A stretch of DNA of 44,200 nt from an uncultured Xanthomonas sp. (lineage in GTDB: Bacteria > Pseudomonadota > Gammaproteobacteria > Xanthomonadales > SZUA-5). Each line of letters opens with the position of its first letter. Positions within the stretch are counted from its first letter, which is position 1. Shown piece by piece: positions 30,379-41,272 of the stretch. The stretch spans positions 1-44,200 of the forward strand of contig CAZLSB010000004.1 of NCBI GenBank assembly GCA_964561825.1. The letters are read 5' to 3'. The position numbers and the translations under genes are program-made. Below the pieces are notes generated by a model that saw only the letters and a list, made by a program, of their open reading frames with translations, searched no databases and was not told the origin of the DNA.

Positions 30379-31221
30379 CTAAACGCTATGCGCCATCTGG
30401 GGGACATAGCCTTTGTTCAGCATTGTTTCGCTAATCGTTTCACTGACGTCGCCTTCAATCACAAAATCTGCGTGCCGCTCCTGCGTCGAAACCGTCAGGC
30501 GCGTTCCTGCTACGGCCGCTTCCATCAGCACAGCCAGAGCCGTGCGGCTACTCGGATCGATAAGCACCAGTGTGCCGAGCTTTTGTGCATGTCCGACTAG
30601 GCCCAGTTCATCACCGGCGCCCACTGACAAATCACCGCCCACCTGCGATAGACGGGTCAAACGTCGCTTGCTGCGCCCAAGGTAGTGAATGCGCGCGACC
30701 ACTTCCTGGCCGGGAAAACAGCCTTTGCGCAATGAGTAAGCCTGCAAGCGCTCAAGCGCCAACATCTGCGGCAAAAATAGTTCACTGCTGGCCGCGACAA
30801 TCCACGGAATACCGAGTTCAGCTTGCTGCGACCATAAATTTGGCGCAAGCGCAGACGCCGCGCCAGCTTCCACAGACCAGCTAAAAGCCGCACATCGGTA
30901 GGCAGCCGCGAGCGGATCAACGGTGGCGACAATCGCGACCTCAGAAGAAGCTAAGCTGCAGCGTGAGCGCAACCGATAGCGCTGCAAGCGGCTCAGCACG
31001 CCATCGGCAAGCTCGGCTGGCAATAACAAGCGCCATTGTTCTGCGGACGCGTGGGCGAGCATCATCAGCGCCTGCACACGTCCGTCGGGCACGCAAAAAC
31101 ACGCATATCCCCAGTGCGCCGGTGCAATGGCCTTGACGTCGGCCGCAAGCTGCCCGTGCAGGAATGTTTGCGCTTCCGGCCCTTCGACAATAATTTCAGC
31201 GAAACTTGGCGGAGTCATCAT
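30379..31221 (-). CDS. ygfZ: Folate-binding Fe-S repair protein YgfZ
   Basis: GPEAQTFLHGQL and the signature KGCFPGQEVVAR. Confidence 0.9.
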   Translation of the reverse strand: MMTPPSFAEIIVEGPEAQTFLHGQLAADVKAIAPAHWGYACFCVPDGRVQALMMLAHASAEQWRLLLPAELADGVLSRLQRYRLRSRCSLASSEVAIVATVDPLAAAYRCAAFSWSVEAGAASALAPNLWSQQAELGIPWIVAASSELFLPQMLALERLQAYSLRKGCFPGQEVVARIHYLGRSKRRLTRLSQVGGDLSVGAGDELGLVGHAQKLGTLVLIDPSSRTALAVLMEAAVAGTRLTVSTQERHADFVIEGDVSETISETMLNKGYVPQMAHSV

Positions 31222-31307
31222 CAGGCGCAGTCTAGTGTGTGCAGCATTGCAGGAGCATATCGATGTCGACAAGAATTACTTCATTGCCAGTTGATGAAAT
31301 TTTAACC

Positions 31308-31493
31308 ATGTCTGAGCCGCCGGCGACGTCGGACTTGTCCGCGTCATCGGACTTGCCCGCGTCATCGGCGTTGCCCGCGGCATCGACGTTGCCCGCGGCA
31401 TCGACGTTGCCCGTGGAAATCGGCGGCCGCAAAGGGCCAGAACCCACGCGCTATGGCGATTGGGAAAAAAATGGGCGCTGCATTGATTTCTGA
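31308..31493 (+). CDS. DUF1674 protein (SDH assembly factor 4-like)
   Basis: C-terminal EIGGRKGPEPTRYGDWEKNGRCIDF, directly upstream of sdhC. Confidence 0.88.
   Translation: MSEPPATSDLSASSDLPASSALPAASTLPAASTLPVEIGGRKGPEPTRYGDWEKNGRCIDF
31329..31418 (+). repeat. 18-bp tandem repeat, five copies, in frame in DUF1674
   Basis: TCGGACTTGTCCGCGTCA, TCGGACTTGCCCGCGTCA, TCGGCGTTGCCCGCGGCA, TCGACGTTGCCCGCGGCA, TCGACGTTGCCCGTGGAA. Confidence 0.9.
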
Positions 31494-31639
31494 GATCCGG
31501 GAACAACTCGTCTGCCGAGATTTCTTTCGAGCCACATGGGTTGCCGGGGCTGCGTACGCTTAACGCAGCTGTTATCTTTCGGCAGCTTCCTGGGGCGGCC
31601 TATTTTGGCCGCTCCACCGACCGCAACTGGGGACTCAAC

Positions 31640-32020
31640 ATGGCCACGCGAGCGCGTCCGCTATCGCCGCATCTGCAGGTCTACCGACCGCAACTGACAT
31701 CGCTGCTTTCGATCATTCACCGAGCCACTGGCGTGGCACTCAGCGCCGCCGCACTAGGGCTGGTGTGGGGCGTGGTTGCGTTGGCGACCGGACAGCAAGC
31801 GTTTGCGACGTTTACCGACTTGGCCAACGGTTTCATCGGTCGTCTTGTTTGTGCCGGTTTTGTATTTTGCTTGATGTACCACTGGCTCAATGGTTTACGC
31901 CATTTGGCGTGGGATACCGGTTGGGGTCTGGAGATCAAACGCGCTTACGCGACCGGCTGGGTGGTTGTGGTGTTGGCGCCCACGCTAACCGCGTTGTTGC
32001 TGTGGCTGCTGTGGGCCTGA
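31640..32020 (+). CDS. sdhC: Succinate dehydrogenase cytochrome b556 subunit
   Basis: Motifs RPLSPHLQVY, SIIHRATG and YHWLNGLRHLAWD. Confidence 0.95.
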   Translation: MATRARPLSPHLQVYRPQLTSLLSIIHRATGVALSAAALGLVWGVVALATGQQAFATFTDLANGFIGRLVCAGFVFCLMYHWLNGLRHLAWDTGWGLEIKRAYATGWVVVVLAPTLTALLLWLLWA

Positions 32021-32030
32021 GGAGGGCAAC

Positions 32031-32426
32031 ATGAGCGCATTTCGTACGCCGTTAAAAATCGTTCATGGTCTGGGCTCAGCGCGGGAGGGCGCCAATCATT
32101 GGTGGATGCAGCGCGTCACCGCAATGGCCTTGGCACCGCTGAGCGTTTGGTTCTTGTGGTTTGCGATTGCCAATAAAGGCGGTGATTACGCAGCGCTGAG
32201 TTCAGCGGTGGGGCAACCGTTGAATGCCGTGTTGCTACTGGCGTTTATTTGGGCTTTGTTTCACCACGCCTATTTGGGTTTGCAGGTGGTCATTGAAGAT
32301 TACGTACATCCACGCGCTTTGGAGATCACCTTGATGGTGCTGATCCGTTTTGGCGCGATTTTGGCTGTCCTATCGTCCAGCATCGCAATCCTGCGACTGG
32401 TTTTTATCGCGGTTGAGCGCACATGA
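32031..32426 (+). CDS. sdhD: Succinate dehydrogenase membrane anchor
   Basis: Motifs [17 protein letters not shown] and [15 protein letters not shown]. Confidence 0.95.
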   Translation: MSAFRTPLKIVHGLGSAREGANHWWMQRVTAMALAPLSVWFLWFAIANKGGDYAALSSAVGQPLNAVLLLAFIWALFHHAYLGLQVVIEDYVHPRALEITLMVLIRFGAILAVLSSSIAILRLVFIAVERT

Positions 32427-34213
32427 CCGAAGCCTACAAGATCACTCACCACAACTACGACGTCATTGTCGTCGGCGCTGGCGGCGCGGGACTGCGCGCC
32501 ACTATGGGCATGGCCGCTAAGGGTTTAGCCACCGCTTGCATTACCAAGGTTTTCCCCACTCGCAGTCACACCGTTGCGGCGCAAGGTGGGATTAGCGCGG
32601 CCTTAGGCAATATGGGCGAAGACGACTGGCGCTTCCATTTTTACGACACCATCAAAGGCTCCGACTGGCTCGGTGACCAAGATGCAATCGAATATATGTG
32701 CAAGGAAGCCATTCCGGCCATTATCGAACTGGAACATTATGGTGTGCCATTTTCGCGCACCGAAGATGGACGGATTTACCAACGTCCATTTGGTGGTATG
32801 ACCACGCATTACGGTCAGGGCACGGCGCAGCGTACCTGCGCCGCCGCGGATCGCACGGGTCATGCAATATTGCACACCCTGTATCAACAGGCTTTGAAGT
32901 TTGACGCGCGTTTTTACGTCGAGTATTTCGCCCTTGATCTGATTATGGATGAGGATGGCACTTGCCGTGGCGTTATCGCCTGGGATTTGTCCGAAGGCAC
33001 GCTGCATATGTTCCACGCCCACTCGGTGGTCTTAGCCACCGGTGGATACGGCAGATCCTACTTCTCATGTACCTCAGCGCATACCTGCACCGGTGACGGG
33101 AACGGCATGGTGTTGCGTGCCGGTTTGCCTTTGCAGGATATGGAGTTCACTCAGTTTCATCCCACCGGCATTTACGGTGCGGGCTGTTTGATCACCGAAG
33201 GCGTGCGTGGCGAGGGCGGTTATTTGACCAACTCGAAGAACGAGCGCTTTATGGAGCGCTACGCTCCGAACGCCAAGGATCTCGCTTCGCGCGATGTGGT
33301 CAGCCGCGCGATGACTATCGAAATCCGTGAAGGTCGCGGCGTAGGCGCCGCCAATGACCATATTCACCTGCATTTGGAGCATCTCGGACCGGAAGTTATT
33401 CACGAACGGCTGCCGGGTATAGCGGAAACCGCGAGCATTTTTGCCGGCGTGGATGTCACGCGCGAACCCATTCCCGTTTTGCCGACGGTCCATTACAACA
33501 TGGGCGGCATTCAAACCAATGTGCACGGCGAAGTGGTGACCATCAAAAATGGCGATCCGGATTCCGTCGTGCCCGGTTTGTTCGCAATCGGCGAGGCCGC
33601 CTGTGTGTCGGTGCACGGCGCTAATCGGCTGGGATCTAATTCTCTGTTGGATTTGGTGGTGTTTGGGCGCGCTGCGGCCAATCGCGCCGCGCAGGTGATC
33701 AAACCTGCATCCGCGCACAAAAAACTACCCAGTTCCGCGTATGACAAAGCGCTCGGCAATTTTGATCGTTTACGTAACGCCAATGGCAGCACCCCAACCG
33801 CTGACATTCGCATGGCTATGCAAAAAGCGATGCAAAACCATGCCGCCGTGTTCCGCACTGGCGAGTCGCTGGAAGAAGGCTGCCGCAAAGTCAGCGACAT
33901 CAGCCGCAATTTCGACGATGTGCGGGTTTCCGACCGCTCATTGGTGTGGAACTCGGATTTGGTTGAAACATTGGAGCTACAAAATCTCCTCGGATGCGCA
34001 TTGGTATCAATCTATTCGGCCGAAAATCGCAAGGAAAGTCGCGGCGCACACGCGCGCGAAGATTATCCGAATCGAGACGATAACGAATGGCTCAAACACA
34101 CTTTGGCTTATGTTGATGAGCACAACAAAGTGAGTTTCGATTACCGACCGGTGCATTTGTATACGTTGACAGATGAAGTTGAAGCGGTGCCGCCCAAAGC
34201 ACGCACCTATTAA
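32423..34213 (+). CDS. sdhA: Succinate dehydrogenase flavoprotein subunit
   Basis: GAGGAG, the covalent-FAD motif [16 protein letters not shown] and [11 protein letters not shown]. Confidence 0.97.
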   Translation: MTEAYKITHHNYDVIVVGAGGAGLRATMGMAAKGLATACITKVFPTRSHTVAAQGGISAALGNMGEDDWRFHFYDTIKGSDWLGDQDAIEYMCKEAIPAIIELEHYGVPFSRTEDGRIYQRPFGGMTTHYGQGTAQRTCAAADRTGHAILHTLYQQALKFDARFYVEYFALDLIMDEDGTCRGVIAWDLSEGTLHMFHAHSVVLATGGYGRSYFSCTSAHTCTGDGNGMVLRAGLPLQDMEFTQFHPTGIYGAGCLITEGVRGEGGYLTNSKNERFMERYAPNAKDLASRDVVSRAMTIEIREGRGVGAANDHIHLHLEHLGPEVIHERLPGIAETASIFAGVDVTREPIPVLPTVHYNMGGIQTNVHGEVVTIKNGDPDSVVPGLFAIGEAACVSVHGANRLGSNSLLDLVVFGRAAANRAAQVIKPASAHKKLPSSAYDKALGNFDRLRNANGSTPTADIRMAMQKAMQNHAAVFRTGESLEEGCRKVSDISRNFDDVRVSDRSLVWNSDLVETLELQNLLGCALVSIYSAENRKESRGAHAREDYPNRDDNEWLKHTLAYVDEHNKVSFDYRPVHLYTLTDEVEAVPPKARTY

Positions 34214-34221
34214 CATCAAAG

Positions 34222-34242
34222 GGGCGGGTTTCAAACCCGCCC
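34222..34242. repeat. REP-like palindrome between sdhA and sdhB
   Basis: GGGCGGGTTTCAAACCCGCCC, a perfect 10-bp inverted repeat. Confidence 0.6.
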
Positions 34243-34258
34243 AATAGAGGCAGTAGAA

Positions 34259-35047
34259 ATGGCCCAATTCACGCTCCCGAAGAACTCTAAGATCACCAAG
34301 GGCAAGCACTTTGCCGCCAAGCCGGGTGGTGCGCAAAAGTTGCGTCAGTTCAAAATTTATCGCTACGATCCAGATAGCGGCGCTAATCCACGCACGGATA
34401 CTTATGAGGTTGATTTGGCCAGCTGTGGGCCGATGGTTCTCGATGCGCTGATTAAGATCAAAAATGAGATTGATCCAACGCTCACCTTCCGACGTTCTTG
34501 CCGGGAGGGCATTTGCGGTTCGTGTGCGATGAATATCGACGGCACTAATACGCTGGCGTGCACCAAGGCCATCGGCGACGTATCGGGCGATGTGAAGATT
34601 TATCCTTTGCCGCATATGCCGGTAGTCAAAGACTTGGTGCCGGATCTGACCCAGTTTTATGCGCAATACGCGTCGATTAAGCCGTGGATTCGCACTCAGA
34701 CTTCGCCGCCACCGGATAAAGAGCGCCTGCAATCGCCGCAAGATCGCAAACTGCTCGATGGCTTGTATGAGTGCATAATGTGCGCATGTTGCAGCACTTC
34801 TTGCCCAAGTTATTGGTGGAATGGCGATCGTTATCTGGGTCCGGCGGTTTTGTTGCAGGCCTATCGATGGATAGTAGATAGCCGTGACGAGGATACCGGC
34901 GCGCGGCTGGACGATCTGGAAGATCCCTTCCGTTTGTATCGCTGCCACACCATCATGAATTGCACCAAAACCTGTCCGAAGGGCCTCAATCCGGCCAAAG
35001 CAATCGCCGAGATCAAAAAGGCGATGATTGCGCGGCGCTCCGTGTAA
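34259..35047 (+). CDS. sdhB: Succinate dehydrogenase iron-sulfur subunit
   Basis: Cys motifs [22 protein letters not shown] and [12 protein letters not shown]. Confidence 0.97.
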   Translation: MAQFTLPKNSKITKGKHFAAKPGGAQKLRQFKIYRYDPDSGANPRTDTYEVDLASCGPMVLDALIKIKNEIDPTLTFRRSCREGICGSCAMNIDGTNTLACTKAIGDVSGDVKIYPLPHMPVVKDLVPDLTQFYAQYASIKPWIRTQTSPPPDKERLQSPQDRKLLDGLYECIMCACCSTSCPSYWWNGDRYLGPAVLLQAYRWIVDSRDEDTGARLDDLEDPFRLYRCHTIMNCTKTCPKGLNPAKAIAEIKKAMIARRSV

Positions 35048-35099
35048 TGCCGGGTTTTCGATCCAATTTGTTTCTGAACAGCGATTTAGGCGGCGGCGG

Positions 35100-35369
35100 G
35101 TGAGCGGCACGGCGGGTGAAGATCTCGCCGCGCTGGTGCGCCAGTTGCGCTGGCAATGTCGACGTGGCATGAAAGAGTTGGACTTCGTGCTAGTGCGCTA
35201 TTTGGACGGGCACTTCATCTCAGCGTCAGACGCTGAGCGGCATAACTTCGTACGTTTGCTGGCCATGGAAGACGACCAGCTCTGGGCCCTGTTGTTAGGC
35301 CGCAGCCACTCGGAGGAAGCGGAACTCAATGCTCTCGTCCAGCGTTTACGCCACACCGATCGACATTGA
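35100..35369 (+). CDS. sdhE: FAD assembly factor SdhE
   Basis: Motif LRWQCRRGMKELD. Start approximate (GTG 35100). Confidence 0.9.
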   Translation: MSGTAGEDLAALVRQLRWQCRRGMKELDFVLVRYLDGHFISASDAERHNFVRLLAMEDDQLWALLLGRSHSEEAELNALVQRLRHTDRH

Positions 35370-35784
35370 TTTGCGACCTGGATTCTGGGAGCGCGGGATT
35401 TTGTTAGTTGCACTGACGGCAGCACTATTGGCCTTAGGCCGCGCGCAATTGCCGATTTGGGCCATGCTATTGGCGGTGCTGTTGGTCGTGCTGATCGCCG
35501 CGCGCGAATGGCGGCACGCCATTGCGCGACCCACAAAGATCAGATTGTATGCCGATGGCAATATCGAATTCAGTAAGCGTGGCGAGCTTAGCCCGCAAGC
35601 GGCGAATCTGCTGCAGTCTTCGCGATTTCTGGGTCTAGTTCAGCTGCATTTTGAAGGCAGCGGCGGTGATAAACATGCATGCATGGTGTTTCCGGATCGA
35701 ATTAACAGCGAGCTGCAGCATCGACTGCGTCTTTGGCTGGCTGTGCATCGCCCCAGTCCAGCATTATTCGTTGGTGCGGCATGA
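35329..35784 (+). CDS. Small membrane protein, YgfX-like
   Basis: Two N-terminal TM helices and a C-terminal PD....E..HRLRLWL motif. Overlaps sdhE, as in sdhE-ygfX operons. Confidence 0.55.
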   Translation: MLSSSVYATPIDIDLRPGFWERGILLVALTAALLALGRAQLPIWAMLLAVLLVVLIAAREWRHAIARPTKIRLYADGNIEFSKRGELSPQAANLLQSSRFLGLVQLHFEGSGGDKHACMVFPDRINSELQHRLRLWLAVHRPSPALFVGAA

Positions 35785-37031
35785 AACTCTTTCATCCGCT
35801 GTCGATTGCCATTGGGCTGCGTTACACCGGCGCTAAACGACGCAATCATTTTATTTCGTTTATCTCATTGGTTTCGATGTTGGGCATTGCCTTGGGGGTT
35901 AGTGCACTCATCGTTGTCATTTCAGTGATGAATGGTTTTGAGCAAGAATTACGGTCGCGCATACTTGGCATGGTTTCACACGCGACCATTACTGCGTTTG
36001 GTGATAATGTCAGTGATTGGCCCGCCTTGGTCGACGCGGCTCGGCTTGATCCGCATGTGGTCGGTGCGGCGCCGTACATCGAACGCGAAGGCATGCTGCA
36101 AGCCAAGCGCATTAGTGGCGCGATGATTCGCGGCGTGCTGCCGGATTTGGAGGACAGTGTTTCCGAGGTCGGCGCGAGTACTAAAATCGGCAGTTTTGAC
36201 CTGCTGGAGCCTGGTAAATACCGAATAGTCCTGGGCGCTGAGCTGGCGCATACCTTGGGCGTGACCTTGGGTGATCAGGTGACACTGATGGCGCCTCAAA
36301 TGCGTGCCACGCCGATTGGCGTCATACCGCAAATGCGGCGCTTTCAAATTGTCGGATTATTTGAAGTCGGTATGTATGAATATGACCGCAGTTTTGCGTT
36401 CATTCACCTGCAAGACGCGGCAAAGTTGTTTCGCGAAGGCGAGGGTGTCACCGGCGTTCGACTCAAACTGGATGATATGTTTCAAGCCTGGCGAGTGGCG
36501 CAGAATTTGACCACGCGCTTGGATGGCCTGTACAGCGTGCGTGACTGGACCCAGCAGCACAGCAATTTCTTTCGCGCGGTGAAGACCGAAAAGTTAGTGA
36601 TGTTTATTATTCTGTCGCTCATTGTCGCAGTTGCGGCATTTAATTTGGTATCCACATTGGTCATGGTGGTGACTGATAAACAGGCAGATATCGCCATTTT
36701 GCGCACACTGGGCGCGAGTCCAAAACTGGTTATGACCGTATTTATGGTGCAAGGCTTGGCGGTGGGCGTCATTGGCACTTTACTGGGATTGTTGTTTGGC
36801 GTGGTTATTGCCAGTCATATCCACGTGATTGTGCCTTTTCTGGAAAGTCTGTTTGGTTTTCAGGCCATGCCGGGCGATATTTATTACATCAGCTCGGTGC
36901 CCTCAGAATTACGCTGGCCCGATGTCGGCCGAATTGGCATGTTGTCGGTAGTATTTGCTGTCGTCGCCACCGTATATCCGGCGTGGCGTGCGGCGCGCAC
37001 GCAACCGGCGCAGGCGCTTCGTTATGAGTGA
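35781..37031 (+). CDS. lolE: Lipoprotein-releasing ABC transporter permease (LolC/E family)
   Basis: Motifs [40 protein letters not shown] and YPAWRAA. Confidence 0.92.
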   Translation: MKLFHPLSIAIGLRYTGAKRRNHFISFISLVSMLGIALGVSALIVVISVMNGFEQELRSRILGMVSHATITAFGDNVSDWPALVDAARLDPHVVGAAPYIEREGMLQAKRISGAMIRGVLPDLEDSVSEVGASTKIGSFDLLEPGKYRIVLGAELAHTLGVTLGDQVTLMAPQMRATPIGVIPQMRRFQIVGLFEVGMYEYDRSFAFIHLQDAAKLFREGEGVTGVRLKLDDMFQAWRVAQNLTTRLDGLYSVRDWTQQHSNFFRAVKTEKLVMFIILSLIVAVAAFNLVSTLVMVVTDKQADIAILRTLGASPKLVMTVFMVQGLAVGVIGTLLGLLFGVVIASHIHVIVPFLESLFGFQAMPGDIYYISSVPSELRWPDVGRIGMLSVVFAVVATVYPAWRAARTQPAQALRYE

Positions 37032-37710
37032 TGCCGTGATTGCAGCGAGCGGAATTGCCAAGGTGTATGCCGAGGGTGATTTACGTGTCGAAGTCCTCAG
37101 TGATGCTTCGCTATCGGTCGCACGAGGCGAAAGTGTCGCGATCATCGGCACTTCCGGCGCTGGAAAAAGTACTTTGCTACATATCCTGGGCGGATTGGAC
37201 CTGCCGAGCCGTGGCGAAGTGACGGTGCTGGGTCAGCAAATGTCGCGATTATCAGATCGTGAACGTGGTCGCTTGCGCAATCAGGCGCTGGGTTTTGTCT
37301 ATCAGTTTCATCACTTGTTGCCGGAATTCACCGCGCTGGAAAACGTCGCAATGCCGCTGTTGATTGGTGGCATGTCGGTAATTGAGGCCAGCGAACGCGC
37401 TGAGGCATTGCTCGGCAGGGTGGGTTTGGGTGAACGTGCGCGGCACAAACCCAGTGAGCTATCCGGTGGTGAGCGTCAACGCGCGGCCGTCGCGCGCGCT
37501 TTGGTGACCAGGCCGGCGTGCGTGCTGGGCGACGAACCCACTGGCAATTTGGATGAACGGACCGCGGCGCAGGTGTATGCGCTGATGCTGGAGTTAAATC
37601 GGGAAATTGGCACCAGTCTGGTGATCGTAACCCATGATCGGCGCTTGGCGGCGCGCATGGATCGCGTGTTGGAATTACGTGGCGGTCGGCTGGCGCCGGC
37701 CGAAACCTGA
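37024..37710 (+). CDS. lolD: Lipoprotein-releasing ABC transporter ATPase
   Basis: GTSGAGKST, the LolD motif [18 protein letters not shown] and DEPTGNLD. Confidence 0.94.
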   Translation: MSDAVIAASGIAKVYAEGDLRVEVLSDASLSVARGESVAIIGTSGAGKSTLLHILGGLDLPSRGEVTVLGQQMSRLSDRERGRLRNQALGFVYQFHHLLPEFTALENVAMPLLIGGMSVIEASERAEALLGRVGLGERARHKPSELSGGERQRAAVARALVTRPACVLGDEPTGNLDERTAAQVYALMLELNREIGTSLVIVTHDRRLAARMDRVLELRGGRLAPAET

Positions 37711-37722
37711 CCCTTCGCAGCC

Positions 37723-40116
37723 GTGGGCGCTTTTCGACTGCTGCCCGTCCACGGTTTTGGTTTTGCCGCAGGCGCCAGTTGGGTCTTGCTGCTGGCCGAT
37801 TTGCCCGCGTTTTCGACCTTAGTCGCGCTGCTGGCGCTGGCATTGGTGGCGCAGCTTTGGGTTCTGCGGTCCGCTGCGCAAGCACCCGGACCTGATCCCT
37901 CGCACCTTGCCGCGCCGCGATTTGGCGGACAAACCCCGCTCCTGTCGCAAACCTTGGCCTTTTGCTGTGCGTTGTTGATGGGTTTTGTGTACGCCTGCGT
38001 GGTGGGTGAACAGCGTTATGCGCAGCGTTTGGCGCCTGAGCTGCAAGGCCAGGATTTACCGGTGGTAGGAACGGTGGTGGGTTTGCCGACGCGCGAGGGC
38101 CGTGCATCACGCTTTGATTTGGCCTTGGTGGCGGGTGATTTGGCGCTGCCAGAGCGGATTCGTGTGTCTTGGTATGAACAGCAAATCTCGGTCAGTCCGG
38201 GCGACTGTTTGCAGGTGATCGTGCGTTTAAAGCGCCCGCATGGCTTGGTGAATCCGGCCGGTTTTGATTTTGAACGCTATGCGCTGGCGGCGAATATTGG
38301 CGCGACGGGTTACATCGTGCGCCGGGTGGCAACCGAATCGCGGCCGGATGTTGCAGCCTGCCGCGCGACGGCCCGCATCGACGCCATTCGTGCGCACATT
38401 GCTGAGCGTTTTGATCTGGCGCTGCCGCCGGGTCGGATTCGGGCGACCGCCAAAGCGCTCGCCATCGGTGACACCCGCGAGTTGGACGAGCGTGCCTGGG
38501 ATTTGTTTCGCGCCACTGGCACCAGCCATTTGATCGCGATTTCTGGTCTGCACGTGGGTTTGGCGGCGGCGCTCGGTGGTGGCTTGGTTTGGTTGGTTTA
38601 TTGGCTGTTGCCGGTGCTGGCCTTGCGAGTGCCCAGGCCGCAGGCGATGGCACTTGGCGCCTTAATGACGGCTGCCCTTTACGCGGCTCTGGCCGGGTTC
38701 ACGCTGCCCACGCAACGCACGGTGCTGACCATTGCGGCGATGTTGGCGGGGGTTTTGACGCGCCGTGAGTTGGGTTGGTGGACACGTTATGCGCTGGCCT
38801 TGTTTGCCGTGCTGCTGCTGGACCCTTTGGCGCCACTCACCGCTGGCTTTTGGCTGTCCTTCGGCGCGGTTGCTTGGTTAATCTTGGCTTTTAGCGGCCG
38901 CTGGCGGCGTGAATCGGCCTGGCGCATGTGGGTTTTGCCGCAATTAGGATTATCGATTGCGCTGTTGCCGATGGGTTTGGCGTTTTTTCAGCAGACCAGC
39001 CTAGCGGCGCCTTTGGTGAATCTGCTCGCCGTGCCCTATGTCACCTTCCTGGTGGTTCCGGTTTTGCTGGCCGCGCTGGTACTCTGGCCGATCGCAGCGG
39101 CAAGCACGGGAGCGCTGCAGTTGGCGGCTTGGCTGCTGGCTGGATTTGATGGGCTGATCGTCGTTGCTGCCGCTTGGCCGGCCGCGCGGCTGGCCCTGCC
39201 GGCACCGTCGTTCATCGTCTGGTGTTTAGCGCTGTGGGGTAGCTTGTGGCTGCTTGCGCCGCGCGGCTGGCCGGGGCGCTGGTTGGGCGTTTTTGGATTG
39301 TTGCCTCTGCTGGCGCCGCGTGTTGAGGCGCCCAACCCCGGTGAATTTGTGCTGACGGTGCTGGATGTCGGACAAGGCCAAGCGGTGCTGGTGCGCACCG
39401 CGCAACATGCGCTGTTGATCGATACCGGTCCGGGATTTGCTGAAGGGGGTGATCTCGGGGATCGGGTATTAGTGCCCAGTTTGGCGCAGTTGGGTGTGGC
39501 GCGATTAGATCGTTTGGTCGTCAGCCACGACGATCTGGACCATGCGGGCGGTACCAAAAGTCTGCGTCGACGCCTGCTGATCGATCAAATATCCAGCTCG
39601 GCGCCGGCCACCATTGACGGCTCACAGTTGTGTGAAACGGGCCAGCACTGGCAATGGGACGCTGTGGCTTTTGAGATTCTGCACCCACCCGCCACGCTGC
39701 CTTATCTGGGCAATGAGAGTTCTTGCGTGGTGCGCATCAGCAGTGGCGCCGGTAGTGCTTTGATTCCCGGCGATATTGGCGAAATCATCGAGGGACGCCT
39801 GATTCGCGAGCAAGCCGCTAAGCTCGATGTCGATGTACTGGTGGCCGGCCACCACGGCAGCGCCGGTTCCAGTAGCGTGGATTTTCTGCGCGCCGTATCG
39901 CCGTCAGCCGTGTTGTATTCGGCCGGTTACCGCAACCGCTTTGCTTTTCCGCGCATCGAGGTGGTCAATCGGGTGCGCGAGTCAGGTGCCTCACAACACA
40001 ATAGTGCCGATCTAGGTGCCATCGAGGTGCGATTTACAGCGGCCGCGCCGATCGCGATTTCCAGCCAGCGTGAACAGCGCCGTTGGTGGCAGGAGCCGAT
40101 CGGCCAATTGCGCTAA
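37723..40116 (+). CDS. comEC: DNA uptake competence protein ComEC/Rec2
   Basis: NPAGFDFERY, HLIAISGLH, GFWLSF, and an MBL domain with DVGQG, SHDDLDH and HHGS. Confidence 0.93.
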   Translation: MGAFRLLPVHGFGFAAGASWVLLLADLPAFSTLVALLALALVAQLWVLRSAAQAPGPDPSHLAAPRFGGQTPLLSQTLAFCCALLMGFVYACVVGEQRYAQRLAPELQGQDLPVVGTVVGLPTREGRASRFDLALVAGDLALPERIRVSWYEQQISVSPGDCLQVIVRLKRPHGLVNPAGFDFERYALAANIGATGYIVRRVATESRPDVAACRATARIDAIRAHIAERFDLALPPGRIRATAKALAIGDTRELDERAWDLFRATGTSHLIAISGLHVGLAAALGGGLVWLVYWLLPVLALRVPRPQAMALGALMTAALYAALAGFTLPTQRTVLTIAAMLAGVLTRRELGWWTRYALALFAVLLLDPLAPLTAGFWLSFGAVAWLILAFSGRWRRESAWRMWVLPQLGLSIALLPMGLAFFQQTSLAAPLVNLLAVPYVTFLVVPVLLAALVLWPIAAASTGALQLAAWLLAGFDGLIVVAAAWPAARLALPAPSFIVWCLALWGSLWLLAPRGWPGRWLGVFGLLPLLAPRVEAPNPGEFVLTVLDVGQGQAVLVRTAQHALLIDTGPGFAEGGDLGDRVLVPSLAQLGVARLDRLVVSHDDLDHAGGTKSLRRRLLIDQISSSAPATIDGSQLCETGQHWQWDAVAFEILHPPATLPYLGNESSCVVRISSGAGSALIPGDIGEIIEGRLIREQAAKLDVDVLVAGHHGSAGSSSVDFLRAVSPSAVLYSAGYRNRFAFPRIEVVNRVRESGASQHNSADLGAIEVRFTAAAPIAISSQREQRRWWQEPIGQLR

Positions 40117-40208
40117 GGCATAGGTTGTTTTGAATTCAACCTCCGGCAGACTCACGGCAGGCCTTGTATGATCGCGCGCCTGATATGTTGGCTGATGTGA
40201 GGTCATTT

Positions 40209-40853
40209 GTGTTTGAGATTTTGAAGACCGGTGGCTGGGTCATGTTGCCCCTGGTACTGGCGTCGATCGCCATGGTTGGCATTATTCTGGAGCGCTTCTG
40301 GTCGTTGCGCAGCAGCGTGGTAGTGCCGTCCAAGTTGGGTGCTGAAGTGCGTGCCTGGGCACGCTCGGCGAAGATCGAACGCGATCATCTGGAAAAATTG
40401 CGCGGCAATTCGCCTTTGGGCTCGATTCTGGCGGCGATTGTCTCCCATCGGCAGCGATCGCGCGAAGTCCTACGCGAAAAGGCGGAAGACGCCGGCAGGA
40501 TCGCGGTGTACCGACTCAATCGCTATCTGAATGCCTTGGGCACCATCGCGATCATCTCGCCGTTGATGGGCCTGCTCGGTACCATTTCTGGTTTGATCCG
40601 TATGTTTTTGGTCATTACCACGGCCGGCATTGGTGACGCCAATGCGCTGGCGGGTGGTATTGGTGAAGCTTTGATCGCAACCGCTGCCGGTTTGTGCGTG
40701 GCGATCGTCGCCTATTTGTTCCACCGTTATTTCAAGGGTCGAGTGGGCGATCTGGCCGTCGAGTTGGAGCGTGAAGCGGCTTTGTTGATCGACAGCTTAG
40801 AGCATGCGCCCGAAGTGCTGCCGACGCCGGCGCCAGCGAGGGCTGCACGATGA
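40209..40853 (+). CDS. MotA/TolQ/ExbB proton channel protein
   Basis: GGWVMLPL, PLMGLLGT and GIGEALIATAAGL. GTG start after GAGG. Confidence 0.9.
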   Translation: MFEILKTGGWVMLPLVLASIAMVGIILERFWSLRSSVVVPSKLGAEVRAWARSAKIERDHLEKLRGNSPLGSILAAIVSHRQRSREVLREKAEDAGRIAVYRLNRYLNALGTIAIISPLMGLLGTISGLIRMFLVITTAGIGDANALAGGIGEALIATAAGLCVAIVAYLFHRYFKGRVGDLAVELEREAALLIDSLEHAPEVLPTPAPARAAR

Positions 40854-41272
40854 AGTTCTCCACGCCGGACAACGACGATCCGGAGATCACCGTGATTCCG
40901 TTGATCGACGTGATCCTGGTGTTGCTGATCTTTTTCATGGTGACGGCCACGTTTGATCAAAACTCGCGCATCAAGGTGCAGTTGCCGCAGGCCAGCATGG
41001 AGGACAAAACTGAGAACGATCAACCTCTGATGCTGCAAATCGACGCGGAGGGGCGTTTTTTTGTCAACAACAATGAAGTGCTCAACGCCAGCATCGACAC
41101 CCTGAAAACCGCCCTGGAGCGATTGGGCGGCGATCCGGCGAGCAAATCGGTGATTCTGCGCGCCGACGCGCGCACGCAGCATCAATCGGTGGTCACCGCG
41201 ATGGACGCGTTGGCGCAGACCGGCTATCGCAATTTATCGATCGCGACCGTTCAAAGCAACGGCACGCCGTGA
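40850..41272 (+). CDS. ExbD/TolR family protein
   Basis: Motifs PLIDVILVLLIFFMV and ILRAD. Confidence 0.9.
   Translation: MKFSTPDNDDPEITVIPLIDVILVLLIFFMVTATFDQNSRIKVQLPQASMEDKTENDQPLMLQIDAEGRFFVNNNEVLNASIDTLKTALERLGGDPASKSVILRADARTQHQSVVTAMDALAQTGYRNLSIATVQSNGTP

Noticed and set aside
31329-31418. CRISPR-like array
   Set aside because: The 18-bp units are contiguous with no spacers, lie in frame inside a CDS, and no cas genes are present.
34007-35170. Long antisense ORFs (387 aa here; also 13455..14411 and 37328..38110)
   Set aside because: They are shadow frames of well-supported genes in GC-rich DNA and carry no motifs.
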